Notes: a model not told the origin generated them from the letters alone. A stretch of 64,000 nt of DNA from Bacillota bacterium (GCA_029555205.1 JAKPTB010000149.1:10993-74992), one strand, 5' to 3'; shown: positions 1-10,333, counted from the stretch's first letter. Numbers and translations: made by a program.

Positions 1-366
1 TTGGGATAACTGTCCCGGTATTCGTAAAGGCCCATCAGGCTCAGATATTCTGCGATGATTTCCTGCCGCCGGGCCGGGCTGAAGGCATCCCGGAGGACAA
101 AGTCCATGTTGCCGGCTACGGTTTTCCAGAGAAGCAGGCGGGGTTCCTGAAATACATAACTTATCTTAAGTCCTTCCGTTCCTGTGATCCGGCCGGCGTC
201 GGGCAGTTCCAGGCCGGCCAGGAGCTGCAGGATGGTTGTTTTACCGCAGCCCGATGGTCCTACCAGGCACAAAATCTTTCCCTTTTCAGCTTGCAATGAA
301 AAACCCTCCAGGACCCGGGTCTGTCCCAGAGTTTTATGGACGTTTTCAAACCTGAACACTACGGTC
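1..366 (-). CDS. ABC transporter ATP-binding protein (NitT/TauT type), partial; C-terminal part runs off the window
   Basis: Reverse-strand translation from the GTG at 366 gives VTVVFRFENVHKTLGQTRVLEGFSLQAEKGKILCLVGPSGCGKTT, which contains a Walker A motif. The start overlaps the stop of the upstream permease (ATGTGA). It is absent from the ORF track because the window edge truncates it. Confidence 0.8.
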
Positions 367-1117
367 ACATCCAGTGCTTGAATTTGTGCTGGGTCAGGCA
401 GGCCAGAAGACGGTCCGTAACCAGGCCAAGACCAATCAGAAACAGAGTCCAGGCGAAGAGAGCCGCTGTTTCAAGGTTAATTCTGGCCAGCGCCATGCCG
501 GCCCCTATGCCCTGCTGAACGCTCAGGAATTCTGCCATTGCCACGGCTTTCCAGGTAACTCCAAGGGCGTTGGAAACACCGGCCAGGAGGTAGGGGGCCA
601 CCTGGGGCAGGTAGATTTCCCGGATTACCCTGGGTTTGCTGATGCGGTAAATCTGGGCTACCTGCAATAGCTGTCTGTCTATACTTTTAACTCCTTGAAA
701 GGTATTAATCACGATCAGGGGAACAGTTGTGACAAAAACAACAAAAACAGGCACCCTGCTGAAACCAATCCAGATCATGGCCAGGAGCAGCCAGGAGATC
801 AGCGGGGTCACCTGCAGGACGACCACAAGAGGTCTCAGCAGGCTGGCTGCCACAGGATTCAGGCCGATTAACAGACCCAGGGGTGTGCCTGCTGCAACAG
901 CCAGGCAGAATCCAAGCAGGCCGCGCAGGATGGAGTGGCGGCTCTGTTCCCATAACTCACCGCCGGCTGCCAGGGTCCAGAGGGTTTGTGCAACCTCAGC
1001 CGGTGAAGGGACGACAACATGGCTGTAAAAGCCGGAAATCAGCTGCCAGAAGGCGATAAAGGCAGTTAAACCAAAAAGGGGCAGGAGGCCCCTAGTCAGA
1101 GAGATAGAATTTTTCAT
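365..1117 (-). CDS. ABC transporter permease (NitT/TauT family, SsuC/TauC-like)
   Basis: 250-aa multi-TM protein with a BPD-transporter-like core. It is translationally coupled to the SBP gene upstream and the ATPase gene downstream. Confidence 0.8.
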   Translation of the reverse strand: MKNSISLTRGLLPLFGLTAFIAFWQLISGFYSHVVVPSPAEVAQTLWTLAAGGELWEQSRHSILRGLLGFCLAVAAGTPLGLLIGLNPVAASLLRPLVVVLQVTPLISWLLLAMIWIGFSRVPVFVVFVTTVPLIVINTFQGVKSIDRQLLQVAQIYRISKPRVIREIYLPQVAPYLLAGVSNALGVTWKAVAMAEFLSVQQGIGAGMALARINLETAALFAWTLFLIGLGLVTDRLLACLTQHKFKHWM

Positions 1118-2081
1118 CCGGTAGTTTGCCCCCTACCATTTCCGGTGAGAAATCTAGAAGCCTGGAGAGGTAGACATCCACATCAACCCTGGCCTCGGAA
1201 CCCGGGACAAAGCGGAGCCGGGTCCGCTCCATGCTCTGGACAAATACCGGGGCCGGAATGCTTGCGCTGGCTTCAACCAGGGGAGCGGCTTCAGCGGGAT
1301 TGGCCACCGTCCAGTCCAGAGCCCCGGCGTAGGCCCGGTGAAATTCCGAAACCGTTCCCGGATAATTCCGGGCAAACTCGTTGAGCACCACCATGCCGGC
1401 CTGGGGCAGTGCGGTGGATTCACCTTCATATTGTTGCCAGTCGCTGTAGAAATCCCGGATAACCCGCGCTTCCTTGCGGTTCATCAGAACCTGGGTCAGC
1501 ATGGGTTCCGGCAGCACGGCGTTTTTCACCAGGCCGTTGATCATCATCCGGGCAATCTCCGGGGACTCCAGGTAGGTCAACTGGACTTCCCCCTCCTTTA
1601 ACCCGCTCCGGCTCAGGAAATATTGGGTCAGCACATCGGGAGTGGAGCCCCTGGCTCCAACGTGGAGATCCTTTCCCCTGAGGTCCGTCCATTCCTTGAC
1701 ATCGCTTTCCAGGCTGACCAGGTAAAGTATTCCCCAGGTACTGACATTGGCCAGGGAAATGTCAACCCCTTTGTTGTACAATTTTGCTGCAACGTTTACC
1801 GGAAGCACGCTGAAATCCGCCTCTTCCTTGACAACCCTGGTGGTGGCTTCCTCTACTGATTTATAGTAGATGATTTCCAGCGGGGTTCCGTCCGGCAGGA
1901 CCTCACCGGCCATTTTAAAAAGGGGCGCAGTGGGTGGGGCCAGGGGAGCCTGGACCACGATTTTTTCCGGTGTGGCGGAGGCCGGTGTTTTGTCTCCGGA
2001 TTTGACGCCTGTGCAGCCGGCGTTCAGCAAAATTAGCAGAAAAATTAAAATAATGGTTGCTCTCCGGTACATGTTAAACAT
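1092..2081 (-). CDS. ABC transporter substrate-binding lipoprotein (NMT1/THI5-like)
   Basis: 329 aa with a lipoprotein signal (LLILLNAGC). It is the first gene of an SBP-permease-ATPase operon. Confidence 0.7.
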   Translation of the reverse strand: MFNMYRRATIILIFLLILLNAGCTGVKSGDKTPASATPEKIVVQAPLAPPTAPLFKMAGEVLPDGTPLEIIYYKSVEEATTRVVKEEADFSVLPVNVAAKLYNKGVDISLANVSTWGILYLVSLESDVKEWTDLRGKDLHVGARGSTPDVLTQYFLSRSGLKEGEVQLTYLESPEIARMMINGLVKNAVLPEPMLTQVLMNRKEARVIRDFYSDWQQYEGESTALPQAGMVVLNEFARNYPGTVSEFHRAYAGALDWTVANPAEAAPLVEASASIPAPVFVQSMERTRLRFVPGSEARVDVDVYLSRLLDFSPEMVGGKLPDEKFYLSD

Positions 2082-2376
2082 TCTCCTTTAGCGGCTGTAG
2101 TGAAATCTGATAAGTATTCGCCAAATCATGCTGAGATCCTTCCCTTCTGTTTTATGTTATCTGCTAGCACGGAAGAGCAAAAATTTTTTAAACTGCAAAA
2201 CAGAAGAATAACGTTAGTATTAAGGAAAAAAATTCGTTAAGTAAATTAAGCACATTGGTGTTTCCCTCTTTGCTTATAAAGGAAGGGGGTATGAAAGGAA
2301 AGCCCGGAGGCTTGTTTTACGGGGTTGTTTCGGAAACAGGTGTTCGTATATAATAACCTTATAAAGGGGTGATCAT

Positions 2377-3465
2377 ATGCGAACGGGGATTGCAAACCTC
2401 CCCCTGCACGGGCACCACTGCCCGCGCTGGCTCTTTGACAGGATGGTCAAGCTTAGTTCTCTAATAATCGAGGCCGTCGTGGAAGAATACGGGACGGCTG
2501 AAGTTCTTGACCGGCTTTCCGACCCTTTCTGGTTCCAGGCCCTGGGTTGCGTGGTTGGTTTTGACTGGCATTCCTCCGGCCTGACCACGGTATTGTGCGG
2601 CGCCCTGAAAGAGGGATTCCGGCCCAAGCAGCGTCAGCTGGGGATTTACTTTGCGGGGGGTAAAGCCATGGCTTCCCGCAGGACACCCCTGGAAATCGAA
2701 GCATACGCGGACCGCTTCGGCCTCTCTGTAGACGTTCCGGCACTGCAGTACGCCAGCCGCATGTCCGCCAAGGTGGACAGCGCGGCGGTGCAGGACGGCT
2801 ATCAAATTTACCATCATGTTTTTATCTTTACAGCAGACGGGCGCTGGGCGGTGGTACAGCAAGGAATGAACCAGGCTACGGGCTGGGCCCGGCGTTACCA
2901 CTGGAAGGGTGACAAGCTGGAAAGCTTTATTCAGGAACCCCATTCCGCCGTTTGCGGGGAGCCGGAGAAACGGGTTTTGAACCTGGTTGCCTCGGAAAGT
3001 GTGGAGGCCAGGGACACCTCGCTTTACCTGACCCAAAGGCCGCTGGAAGTAATTAAGAACCTGAAAAAAATAAAGGAACTGGCCGGTCAGGGGAAGCTTG
3101 AACTGAACCTTCCCGCTACCCACCCGGTTCCGGGAGCCGGCCGGATTGAGAAAACGCTGAACAGGCTTTACGACCTGAAACCATCCTCTTATGAACAGGT
3201 ACTGGCAGTGGAAGGGGTGGGTCCGGCTACAGTGCGGGCTTTTGCCCTGGTTTCCGAGGTTGTTTACAATGTCAGGGCCAGCCGCCGTGACCCGGTTCGC
3301 TACAGTTTCGCCCACGGCGGCAAAGACGGGCACCCCTTCCCGGTAAACAGGGAAAACTATGATCGCTCCATTATGCTTCTGGAGAAGGCCTTGCGCCGGG
3401 CTAAAGCCGGTCGGAGAGAAACCGTCGAAGCCCTGAAGCGGCTGGCTATAATCTGCAAGATCTAG
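2377..3465 (+). CDS. DUF763 domain-containing protein
   Basis: The N-terminus MRTGIANLPLHGHHCPRWLFDRMVKL is typical of the DUF763 family. A good RBS (aaagggg) lies upstream. Confidence 0.7.
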   Translation: MRTGIANLPLHGHHCPRWLFDRMVKLSSLIIEAVVEEYGTAEVLDRLSDPFWFQALGCVVGFDWHSSGLTTVLCGALKEGFRPKQRQLGIYFAGGKAMASRRTPLEIEAYADRFGLSVDVPALQYASRMSAKVDSAAVQDGYQIYHHVFIFTADGRWAVVQQGMNQATGWARRYHWKGDKLESFIQEPHSAVCGEPEKRVLNLVASESVEARDTSLYLTQRPLEVIKNLKKIKELAGQGKLELNLPATHPVPGAGRIEKTLNRLYDLKPSSYEQVLAVEGVGPATVRAFALVSEVVYNVRASRRDPVRYSFAHGGKDGHPFPVNRENYDRSIMLLEKALRRAKAGRRETVEALKRLAIICKI

Positions 3466-3544
3466 AAAATAGCGCTAATAACAGGTGTTGCCTTGTCTGA
3501 ATTTGGTATATAATATTTATTATCAGAAAAGAGGAGGGATTTCC

Positions 3545-4039
3545 ATGAAAACAGATCAGAATTTAAAAGAAGCTTTTGCCGGTGAATCACAGGCCAACCG
3601 CAAGTACCTTGCTTTTGCCAGAAAGGCCGACGAAGAAGGATATCCGTCTGTGGCCAAACTGTTCCGGGCTGCCTCCGAGGCCGAAGCCATCCATGCTTAT
3701 TCTGAATTAAAGGCTATGGGGGGGATCAAGACAACGGCGGAAAACCTGCAGGCGGCCATTGACGGGGAAACCTATGAGTTTACCGAAATGTACCCTGGTT
3801 TTATCAAAGATGCCGAAGAGGAAGGGGCCTCCAGCCAGGCCAAGAGAGCTTTTCACCTGGCCAATGAAGCCGAGAAGGTACACGCCGAGCTTTACCGGAA
3901 AGCCCTTGCGGCTCTGGAAAAGAAGGAAGACATTGAATATTTCTTATGCACAGGGTGCGGATATATCCAGGAAAACAGCGCTCCGGACAAGTGTCCCATT
4001 TGTGGTGCGCCAGCAAAAGCATTTAAAAATGTAGGTTAG
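3545..4039 (+). CDS. rbr: rubrerythrin
   Basis: N-terminal ferritin-like diiron domain (EAFAGESQANRKYLAF...EAIHA...E..H) followed by a C-terminal rubredoxin CxxC...CPICG. The ATG at 3545 follows a GAGGAGG RBS. Confidence 0.9.
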   Translation: MKTDQNLKEAFAGESQANRKYLAFARKADEEGYPSVAKLFRAASEAEAIHAYSELKAMGGIKTTAENLQAAIDGETYEFTEMYPGFIKDAEEEGASSQAKRAFHLANEAEKVHAELYRKALAALEKKEDIEYFLCTGCGYIQENSAPDKCPICGAPAKAFKNVG

Positions 4040-4070
4040 GGGAGAAAATTAAAAAACAACCCCCCTCCGG

Positions 4071-4556
4071 TTAACTGGACGGGGGGTTCGTGTTTAATCC
4101 GGCAACTTCCCTGATGATTATGTCATATCCCTCTGTCAGGGTGCTGAATTCGGCATACAGAGGCAGTTCCTCCCGGCTGTCGTAGCGGACGGCATGTCCC
4201 CTGTAAACGCAACGGACCGGCAGGCTTCTTCCTTTATAGTCATAATGCCCGTAGACACGGCACTGGTAGGGCCGGAAGGTATAAATGCCGCATAAGTCCC
4301 CTTCCTGAAAGGGACAGTGGCCGGATGTACCTCCCCAGATATCGATCAGGTCATTACCCGTAAAATCCCGGAACCGTTTCATTTTAACACGATTATTAAT
4401 GCGTCTGCCAATATTCTCCATTTCCAGCGGGTACACCCTCAATACTGAAGTAACCTTACAACACTCACCGCATACTCCGCAGTCTTTCTTGGATGATTGC
4501 AGGTACAGATCGAGCTTTTCATAAAAGCTGTTGAGCTTTTTCAGCAACGAGTCCAT
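4071..4556 (-). CDS. YkgJ family cysteine-cluster protein (UPF0153)
   Basis: Contains the DCGVCGECCK motif and has the typical size of 161 aa. Confidence 0.7.
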   Translation of the reverse strand: MDSLLKKLNSFYEKLDLYLQSSKKDCGVCGECCKVTSVLRVYPLEMENIGRRINNRVKMKRFRDFTGNDLIDIWGGTSGHCPFQEGDLCGIYTFRPYQCRVYGHYDYKGRSLPVRCVYRGHAVRYDSREELPLYAEFSTLTEGYDIIIREVAGLNTNPPSS

Positions 4557-4668
4557 CTAAACACCCCCGCTTTCCAGGATCTCTGTTCTTATTATACCAC
4601 ATTCAGGTCAATTATGTAAGATTTAACTTATTATCCACAAATGGTCAGGCCCCAAGGGTGGAGTTTAT

Positions 4669-5955
4669 TTAATGAGTGATTCCTCCATGTTCTCCTGTCT
4701 TTTCCCAGTTGTTTTCAATTTCTTCAAGGATATCCGAGACAAGTTCTTTAGCCATATTTTCAAGTTCCCCCGGCCGGTAGGGCGCAGGACCGGGAGTAGA
4801 GGTTTGCGGCTCCGGAACAGGTTCCGGCCCGGGGTAAGGAGAGGGTTTTTGGCGCATTTTTTGGATCGGTACGACGGGTTTAAGGGCAGTTAGAGGAGTG
4901 GACATAATCCCGTTAAAACGAAGAAAGGCAGCCCGGGGGGAGACGCTGGAGAGTTCAACGGAACGGTAAAGGTCACGGTTAACCCTGCAGGTCATAATAC
5001 AGGGCTGAGGCTCTCCGGGATCAACTTCGTGGTTTATTGCCCTGACCCGTCCGTTGAACACTGCCTGCTCTACCAGCCTGTCCGGGCATGTAAAAAAGAT
5101 CAAATGAATTGCGCTCAGGCTCAGCTGGAGAAGTATTTCCTGGTAGAAATCTGCAAATTCCTGTTCCTTCATTTCCACAGGGGTTATGTCGTGTTCTTCT
5201 TCATCATACTGGTAGAAGATTGTCCGGGGGATTTCATGGGGTGCGCAGAAAACGCCCTCCACTACAAGAAGCCTGTCCTCTTGCTCATAACGGGCATCAA
5301 ATTCCACTTCAAAGGCGTCGGGGTATTTCATTATAGACAGAAATGTCCGGACAAAGCTCTCTACAGCGCCTGGTTGCCCCTTTGCAAGATCTAAACACAG
5401 CTGATCTATGGAATGGTTGTATTGGGACTGCTCTTCAAGAAAGGACTTGCGCTTTAGCTCGTAAGCAGCCCTGGCAGATTTCTCCCTCTGGTGGTATTCT
5501 TCCAGTTTCAAATTAAATAATCGCCTGGCATCCTCTTCCATTTTCAGGCGCCTTTTCCTTAACGAGGGCAGGAAAAATTCCTTGATTGGATCCTTCCGGT
5601 TAATTCCCATTTCCCTGGCAATCAGCTCATATCTGGGAAGGGGTTCTTTAAAGACAAAAGGAGGATAAGGCTCATCTTTGTAACAGGAAATCCAATCAAA
5701 TTTTCCGGCGGCGAGATTGTTCCGGAGTATGTTTTTACACTCCTCGATGTATTTCTTTGCCAGTTCACTTTCGTATTTCGCCAGTTCCTTTAAGCTCTCC
5801 GTTTCCTCACGTTCTTTTTGTTGTCTTTCTCCCCTGGCTATGCGGACAGCCCTTAATTCTTTTTTTACCCTTTGTTCCAGCAGGGATGAACCTGTGCTTG
5901 CCGGTATTGAGTCAAGGTTAGAGCCGTGAGGGTTTTTTTCTAAATCTGCACTCAA
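4669..5955 (-). CDS. hypothetical protein (charged coiled-coil N-terminus, central alpha/beta region, Pro-rich linker, acidic C-tail)
   Basis: 428-aa ORF with a TTG start preceded by GGAAAGGAGAGAG. I recognised no family motif. Confidence 0.6.
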   Translation of the reverse strand: MSADLEKNPHGSNLDSIPASTGSSLLEQRVKKELRAVRIARGERQQKEREETESLKELAKYESELAKKYIEECKNILRNNLAAGKFDWISCYKDEPYPPFVFKEPLPRYELIAREMGINRKDPIKEFFLPSLRKRRLKMEEDARRLFNLKLEEYHQREKSARAAYELKRKSFLEEQSQYNHSIDQLCLDLAKGQPGAVESFVRTFLSIMKYPDAFEVEFDARYEQEDRLLVVEGVFCAPHEIPRTIFYQYDEEEHDITPVEMKEQEFADFYQEILLQLSLSAIHLIFFTCPDRLVEQAVFNGRVRAINHEVDPGEPQPCIMTCRVNRDLYRSVELSSVSPRAAFLRFNGIMSTPLTALKPVVPIQKMRQKPSPYPGPEPVPEPQTSTPGPAPYRPGELENMAKELVSDILEEIENNWEKTGEHGGITH

Positions 5956-6186
5956 TATTCTCTCTCCTTTCCAGTCAAATTCAATGTATCATAAAAACAA
6001 TTTATTTGGATCATATTTCCCCCTTTTTTCTACAGATTTCAGGCGAAAACTAGGTAAAGGAAATCTAAACATAAAAAAGGTTTATATTGTGTGGTAATAG
6101 TGATATTCTAGTAGACGGGATCTGTCGATAAATGTAGAGCTCCCGGAATTTGTTTCTCTATTGCTTATTACCCTGGTCAGGGGAGG

Positions 6187-7176
6187 ATGTTCTTGTATTT
6201 ACCAGTTTCAGGTGTTGAGGTCGAACCGTGGCTGCCGCCGCTGGTTGCGTTTCTGATAGCGTCATGTACTACTTCTTCTGGGATCTCCGGCGGGGTTCTC
6301 TTGCTGCCCTTCCAGATGAGCGTACTTGGGTTTATTAGCCCTTCCGTCAGCCCTACAAATCTGATTTACAATATTGTAGCCATACCCGGCGGGTTATACC
6401 GTTATATCCGGGAAGGCCGGATGGCCTGGACCCTGGCCTGGGTTACCATTGCTGGCACTCTTCCCGGTATATTTGCGGGCGCCTGGATCAGGGTCAATTA
6501 CCTGCACGACCCCGGGTCTTTTAAGGTTTTTGCTGGCCTGGTCCTCTCGTATCTTGGTTTTCGGCTGCTCTACGATACCTTTACGCCGAACCGCAAGGAA
6601 AACGCAATTGAAGAAAAATTTAGAGAGACGGCGAATGCATCCAGAGGAAATGGGGCAGCCAGGTACGTTTTATCTGCAGGGCTGCCGGCCGATGCCGTTG
6701 TTAAAAGGAAAAGACTCACTTTGCGCAGGATCGAATTTGAGTTCTGGGGTGAGGATTATTCCATCAGCACTTTCACTGTTGTTTTAATCTCTGTGGCAGT
6801 GGGAATTATGGGAGGCGTTTACGGTATCGGTGGGGGCGCAATAATTGCCCCTTTCTTAGTTACCTACCTGGGTCTTCCTGTTTACACGGTAGCCGGGGCT
6901 GCCCTGGCAGGCACTTTCATGACTTCTGTCGCAGGTGTGTGTTTTTACAGCATCATTGCGGTTTTACCGGCCGGGGCACAGGTTGCGGTGGCGCCCGACT
7001 GGACCCTGGGTTTGTTGTTCGGCGCCGGGGGATTTTTGGGAACATATGTCGGCGCCAGACTTCAGAAGTATTTACCTGAAAAAATTATCCAGGGCACGCT
7101 GGGCTTTCTCGTAGTGTTTTTGGGATTTCGGTACCTTTACCCTTTTGTGGAGATATTGCTGGCCTGGGGCGGTTAG
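6187..7176 (+). CDS. sulfite exporter TauE/SafE family membrane protein
   Basis: Two TauE-like halves (SGISGGVLLLPF... and GGVYGIGGGAIIAPFL) separated by a hydrophilic insert. Confidence 0.75.
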   Translation: MFLYLPVSGVEVEPWLPPLVAFLIASCTTSSGISGGVLLLPFQMSVLGFISPSVSPTNLIYNIVAIPGGLYRYIREGRMAWTLAWVTIAGTLPGIFAGAWIRVNYLHDPGSFKVFAGLVLSYLGFRLLYDTFTPNRKENAIEEKFRETANASRGNGAARYVLSAGLPADAVVKRKRLTLRRIEFEFWGEDYSISTFTVVLISVAVGIMGGVYGIGGGAIIAPFLVTYLGLPVYTVAGAALAGTFMTSVAGVCFYSIIAVLPAGAQVAVAPDWTLGLLFGAGGFLGTYVGARLQKYLPEKIIQGTLGFLVVFLGFRYLYPFVEILLAWGG

Positions 7177-7294
7177 TTTTATTTTTACTGTTTTTGTTGT
7201 AAGAAAACCAGTTTCATCTTAGTACAAGTTAGCCAGAGAACTGTCCCCTTGTTACCCATGTAACCTTAATATGTAAGCAGTAAGAGGTAACACG

Positions 7295-8422
7295 ATGAAA
7301 AAAACGGCAGAGAGGGAGTTTTCCCGCTGGTGGCTGATTGGTTTGGTAAACTTTCTTTTTGGTTTTGCCGTCCAGGGTTCCATCATTTTCATCCCCCTTC
7401 TGGGCGCCCAGTTGGGGGCTTCTGATTTTCAAATAGGCATGATAGGCGCCCTTTATGGGGGCTCTTACCTGGTATCATCCCTTATATCCGGCTGGAAATC
7501 AGATAAACTGGGACGGCTCCTCTTTGTACGCTGGGGGCTTTTGCTCAGCAGTGCTGCCTTTGCGGCCCAACTCCTGGCCGGCAGTATCCTGGTGCTGGCT
7601 GTGGTGCGCGGGGTGGTTGGATTCTCCCTGGGAATTGCCTCTGCGGCATTCATCGCTTACGCCTTTGAGGCCGGCGCCGACATGGGCAAGTATAGCTCTT
7701 ACGGTTCCCTGGGCTGGATTTTCGGCGCCCTGGGGGCGGCCCTGGTAGGGGATATCCACCTTTTATTCTGGTTGAGTTTCCTGGTTTGTCTGGCAGCCTT
7801 TCTAATCTCTCTGTTTTTTAAAGATGTGCCGTCTTACCGTTCTTCCCTGCCTCCCCGGCTATGGCCGGTGTTAATCAGGAATTACCGGATCTATCTAGCA
7901 GTCTTCCTGCGTCACCTGGGGGCTACCGCGGTCTGGATCATCCTGCCCCTGTACCTGGCCGGTCTGGGCCTGAATCAGTTCTGGATCGGGCTTTTGTGGG
8001 GGATTAATTTTATTGTACAGTTTATTGTAATGCGCTGTTTGCAGCAGTTTTCAGCATCCAAAGTCTTTGCTTGCGGGCAATTGCTGTCCATTCTTGTCTT
8101 CCTGGCCTATGCCTTTGCGGCTGGTAAATTGTCCCTTATTGCTGTGAATGCTTTACTGGGGGTAGCCTGGTCCTGCCTCTACGTGGGCGCCCTGGTGATC
8201 GTCCTGCAAAGCGGGGAGGAAAGGGGTACGGCAGGGGGTATTTTCCAGGCTACACTGAATCTTTGCAATGCTATTGGTCCCCTCCTGGGCGGTCTGATTG
8301 CCCAGTACTGGGGCTACCGTGGAGTCATGTTCTTTGCAGCGGGACTGGGTGTGGCAGGTATGTTTACGGCCTTGCCGGAGGCTGGGAAAACCGGGGATGT
8401 TGATGCCGGTGCCAAAAATTAA
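7295..8422 (+). CDS. MFS transporter
   Basis: 375 aa with about 12 TM segments and an MFS loop motif (GWKSDKLGRL). Confidence 0.8.
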   Translation: MKKTAEREFSRWWLIGLVNFLFGFAVQGSIIFIPLLGAQLGASDFQIGMIGALYGGSYLVSSLISGWKSDKLGRLLFVRWGLLLSSAAFAAQLLAGSILVLAVVRGVVGFSLGIASAAFIAYAFEAGADMGKYSSYGSLGWIFGALGAALVGDIHLLFWLSFLVCLAAFLISLFFKDVPSYRSSLPPRLWPVLIRNYRIYLAVFLRHLGATAVWIILPLYLAGLGLNQFWIGLLWGINFIVQFIVMRCLQQFSASKVFACGQLLSILVFLAYAFAAGKLSLIAVNALLGVAWSCLYVGALVIVLQSGEERGTAGGIFQATLNLCNAIGPLLGGLIAQYWGYRGVMFFAAGLGVAGMFTALPEAGKTGDVDAGAKN

Positions 8423-8554
8423 ACAGGCCTTCCGGCGCCAGGTGCCTTTTGAGGCCTGGATCAACAGGATAAGCATAAATTTAAGAGTATACATTGAATA
8501 GATAATAGCTTAAAAAACATGTTATTATTTTATTATTAATGTTCTTGCTCCTGG

Positions 8555-8788
8555 TTAAAGGTTTACCCCGTTTTTTTTCCCCTTTCTTTTATTCGGGTCG
8601 TAGACTTCAAATTTGCCTGAAAAGCTTTCCAGGTTATATTCAATCAGGGGAGCTGATTTGTTCAAACGTTCCATCAGTTTTACGCGCATTTTCGTTACAG
8701 CGTTTCCGTATTCGTTTCTTTTTCTGTCCACATGGCATTTATGCTTACTCATAACATTATTATGTTCAACCGTGGCAGGTTCATTCAC
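8555..8788 (-). CDS. small hypothetical basic protein (uncertain)
   Basis: 77-aa ORF with no convincing RBS. The composition is plausible for coding sequence, but I recognised no family. Confidence 0.3.
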   Translation of the reverse strand: MNEPATVEHNNVMSKHKCHVDRKRNEYGNAVTKMRVKLMERLNKSAPLIEYNLESFSGKFEVYDPNKRKGKKNGVNL

Positions 8789-8864
8789 CCGTTGTTATAA
8801 TTGTTATAAAAAGAAGCCTGACTTCCCGCGAACCTCAGGCAATCCGTCATTTTTAGGGAGGTGC

Positions 8865-9146
8865 ATGAAGATGTATAAATACAAGGTGATTGCTACAATT
8901 ATAGAAATCCGGGGAGAAGGAAAATGTTCTTACGGCCATAAAGTAGGGGATAGTTTTGAGTTTGGGCAGTTCACACCCGGAGGACTGTGTCAGTTTGCTT
9001 ACGATTCTTTGCGTTCGGCAGTGGCGGCGCTGCTCTACGGAGGCCATTTTCCCTGGGCTGCGGACAGTGAAGTTTCCACCTGGGCCTGTCCTGATCCGGA
9101 TCGTCCGGTAATTTTTGAGCTGAAGAGAATTGCAGTTACTGATTAA
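8865..9146 (+). CDS. TIGR04076 family protein
   Basis: MKMYKYKVIATIIEIRGEGKCSYGHKVGDSFEF...GLCQFAYDSL...GGHFPW...CPDPDRPVIFELKR matches the family pattern. An AGGGAGG RBS lies at 8855. Confidence 0.8.
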   Translation: MKMYKYKVIATIIEIRGEGKCSYGHKVGDSFEFGQFTPGGLCQFAYDSLRSAVAALLYGGHFPWAADSEVSTWACPDPDRPVIFELKRIAVTD

Positions 9147-9219
9147 AGGAGGATTTTTTAGGCCCGCGTCGAAATTGATCTGGGTTTTTTGATAATTATC
9201 TATAAGGAGGATTATTGAA

Positions 9220-9465
9220 ATGCCTATTTTTGAGTACAAGTGCAGCAATTGTGGAAAAACATTTGAGACTTTGGAGTTGCCGGGACAAGAGAACAACGTC
9301 AAGTGTACCGGTTGCGGGAGTGATGATCTGAAAAAATTGATTTCCGCCCCCTTTCTGCCGAGTTCGGTAGGAAAGCCCGCCAATGACGAGCTCAGGTGCT
9401 GCGGCAGTACTGCCGGAGCGAAGGATTGCAGGCCCGGTTCCTGCTGCGGGCAGCAGCCTGAATAA
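9220..9465 (+). CDS. FmdB family zinc-ribbon protein
   Basis: MPIFEYKCSNCGKTFE...CTGCGS is the CxxC...CxxC signature of the FmdB regulatory-protein family. Confidence 0.85.
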   Translation: MPIFEYKCSNCGKTFETLELPGQENNVKCTGCGSDDLKKLISAPFLPSSVGKPANDELRCCGSTAGAKDCRPGSCCGQQPE

Positions 9466-9522
9466 CGATTTATTGGCTACTCCCGGATCCGTGGATCCGG
9501 GGTGGGGATAAGGGGTTTAATA

Positions 9523-10281
9523 GTGCTAAAACCGGCTTCAAAGAAACAGGACGGTAATGGTTACTGCTTCAGCAATTCTGTTAAACTCCAGGGCAGGACC
9601 GTTCATTATACGGTACGGAGGAGCCGCCGGGCAAAACATTTATGCCTTAAAGTGCACTGTGATTCAGCTGAGCTTGAGGTTGTTGTCCCCGGCGGTTATG
9701 ACCTGGGTCTGCTGGAGGGAGTCCTGCAGCATAAGCAGGACTGGATTCTGGATAAAATAAACCGCTATCAGCAGTTAAAAAAAATAGCCTTGCCCGGGCA
9801 GGATGGCGGCAAAAGGGTATACTACCGTGGGTGTGCCTATGAAGTTGTGACGAAAGTAGAACAGGGCAACAATCGTTCTGTTTTTTTGAGCGGGGATAAA
9901 CTGGTGGTTACTGTGCCTGCCGGGTCTGAAAATGAGGCCGGAGCCGTCCTTGAGCAGTGGTTACGCTCAGCGGCCCGGCAGATTATCACCCGGCGGGTGG
10001 AAATAATAAGTAAAGCGTTAAAATTGTCCTATAACCGTATTTTTATCAGGAACCAAAAAACTCGCTGGGGCAGTTGCTCTCAAAAAAGGAATTTAAATTT
10101 CAACTGGAGGCTGGTCATGGCGCCGCCGGTCGTTCTGGACTATATTATCATCCACGAATTGATGCATCTGATTGAACTTAATCACTCCAAAAAATTCTGG
10201 CGGTTGGTGGCGGGCGTTTGTCCGGATTATCAGATTCAACGGGCCTGGCTCAGGAAAAACGGTTCCCACTTAACCCTTTAA
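9523..10281 (+). CDS. YgjP-like (DUF45) M48-family metallopeptidase
   Basis: Contains the HELMHLIELNHSKKFW motif. The start is uncertain: the GTG at 9523 follows AAGGGG, while the ORF opens at 9502. Confidence 0.8.
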   Translation: MLKPASKKQDGNGYCFSNSVKLQGRTVHYTVRRSRRAKHLCLKVHCDSAELEVVVPGGYDLGLLEGVLQHKQDWILDKINRYQQLKKIALPGQDGGKRVYYRGCAYEVVTKVEQGNNRSVFLSGDKLVVTVPAGSENEAGAVLEQWLRSAARQIITRRVEIISKALKLSYNRIFIRNQKTRWGSCSQKRNLNFNWRLVMAPPVVLDYIIIHELMHLIELNHSKKFWRLVAGVCPDYQIQRAWLRKNGSHLTL

Positions 10282-10333
10282 GCCCCTTTTTATATCAGAA
10301 ATTTTGGTTCCTATTCGATGGAGGTGTCCGGTC

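Noticed and set aside
2082-2376. Possible TPP (THI-box) riboswitch upstream of the NMT1/THI5-like SBP operon
   Set aside because: I read both strands and saw fragments such as CTGAGA and CTGATAAG. They are in the wrong order and orientation, and the GGGG..GCUGAGA..ACCUGA..CUGGAUAAUGCCAGCG core is absent.
2461-3333. 290-aa ORF on the minus strand inside the DUF763 gene
   Set aside because: It is entirely antisense to a gene with a recognisable family signature. The composition is Arg/Gly/Pro/Leu-rich, as expected for the shadow frame of GC-rich coding DNA, and there is no RBS.
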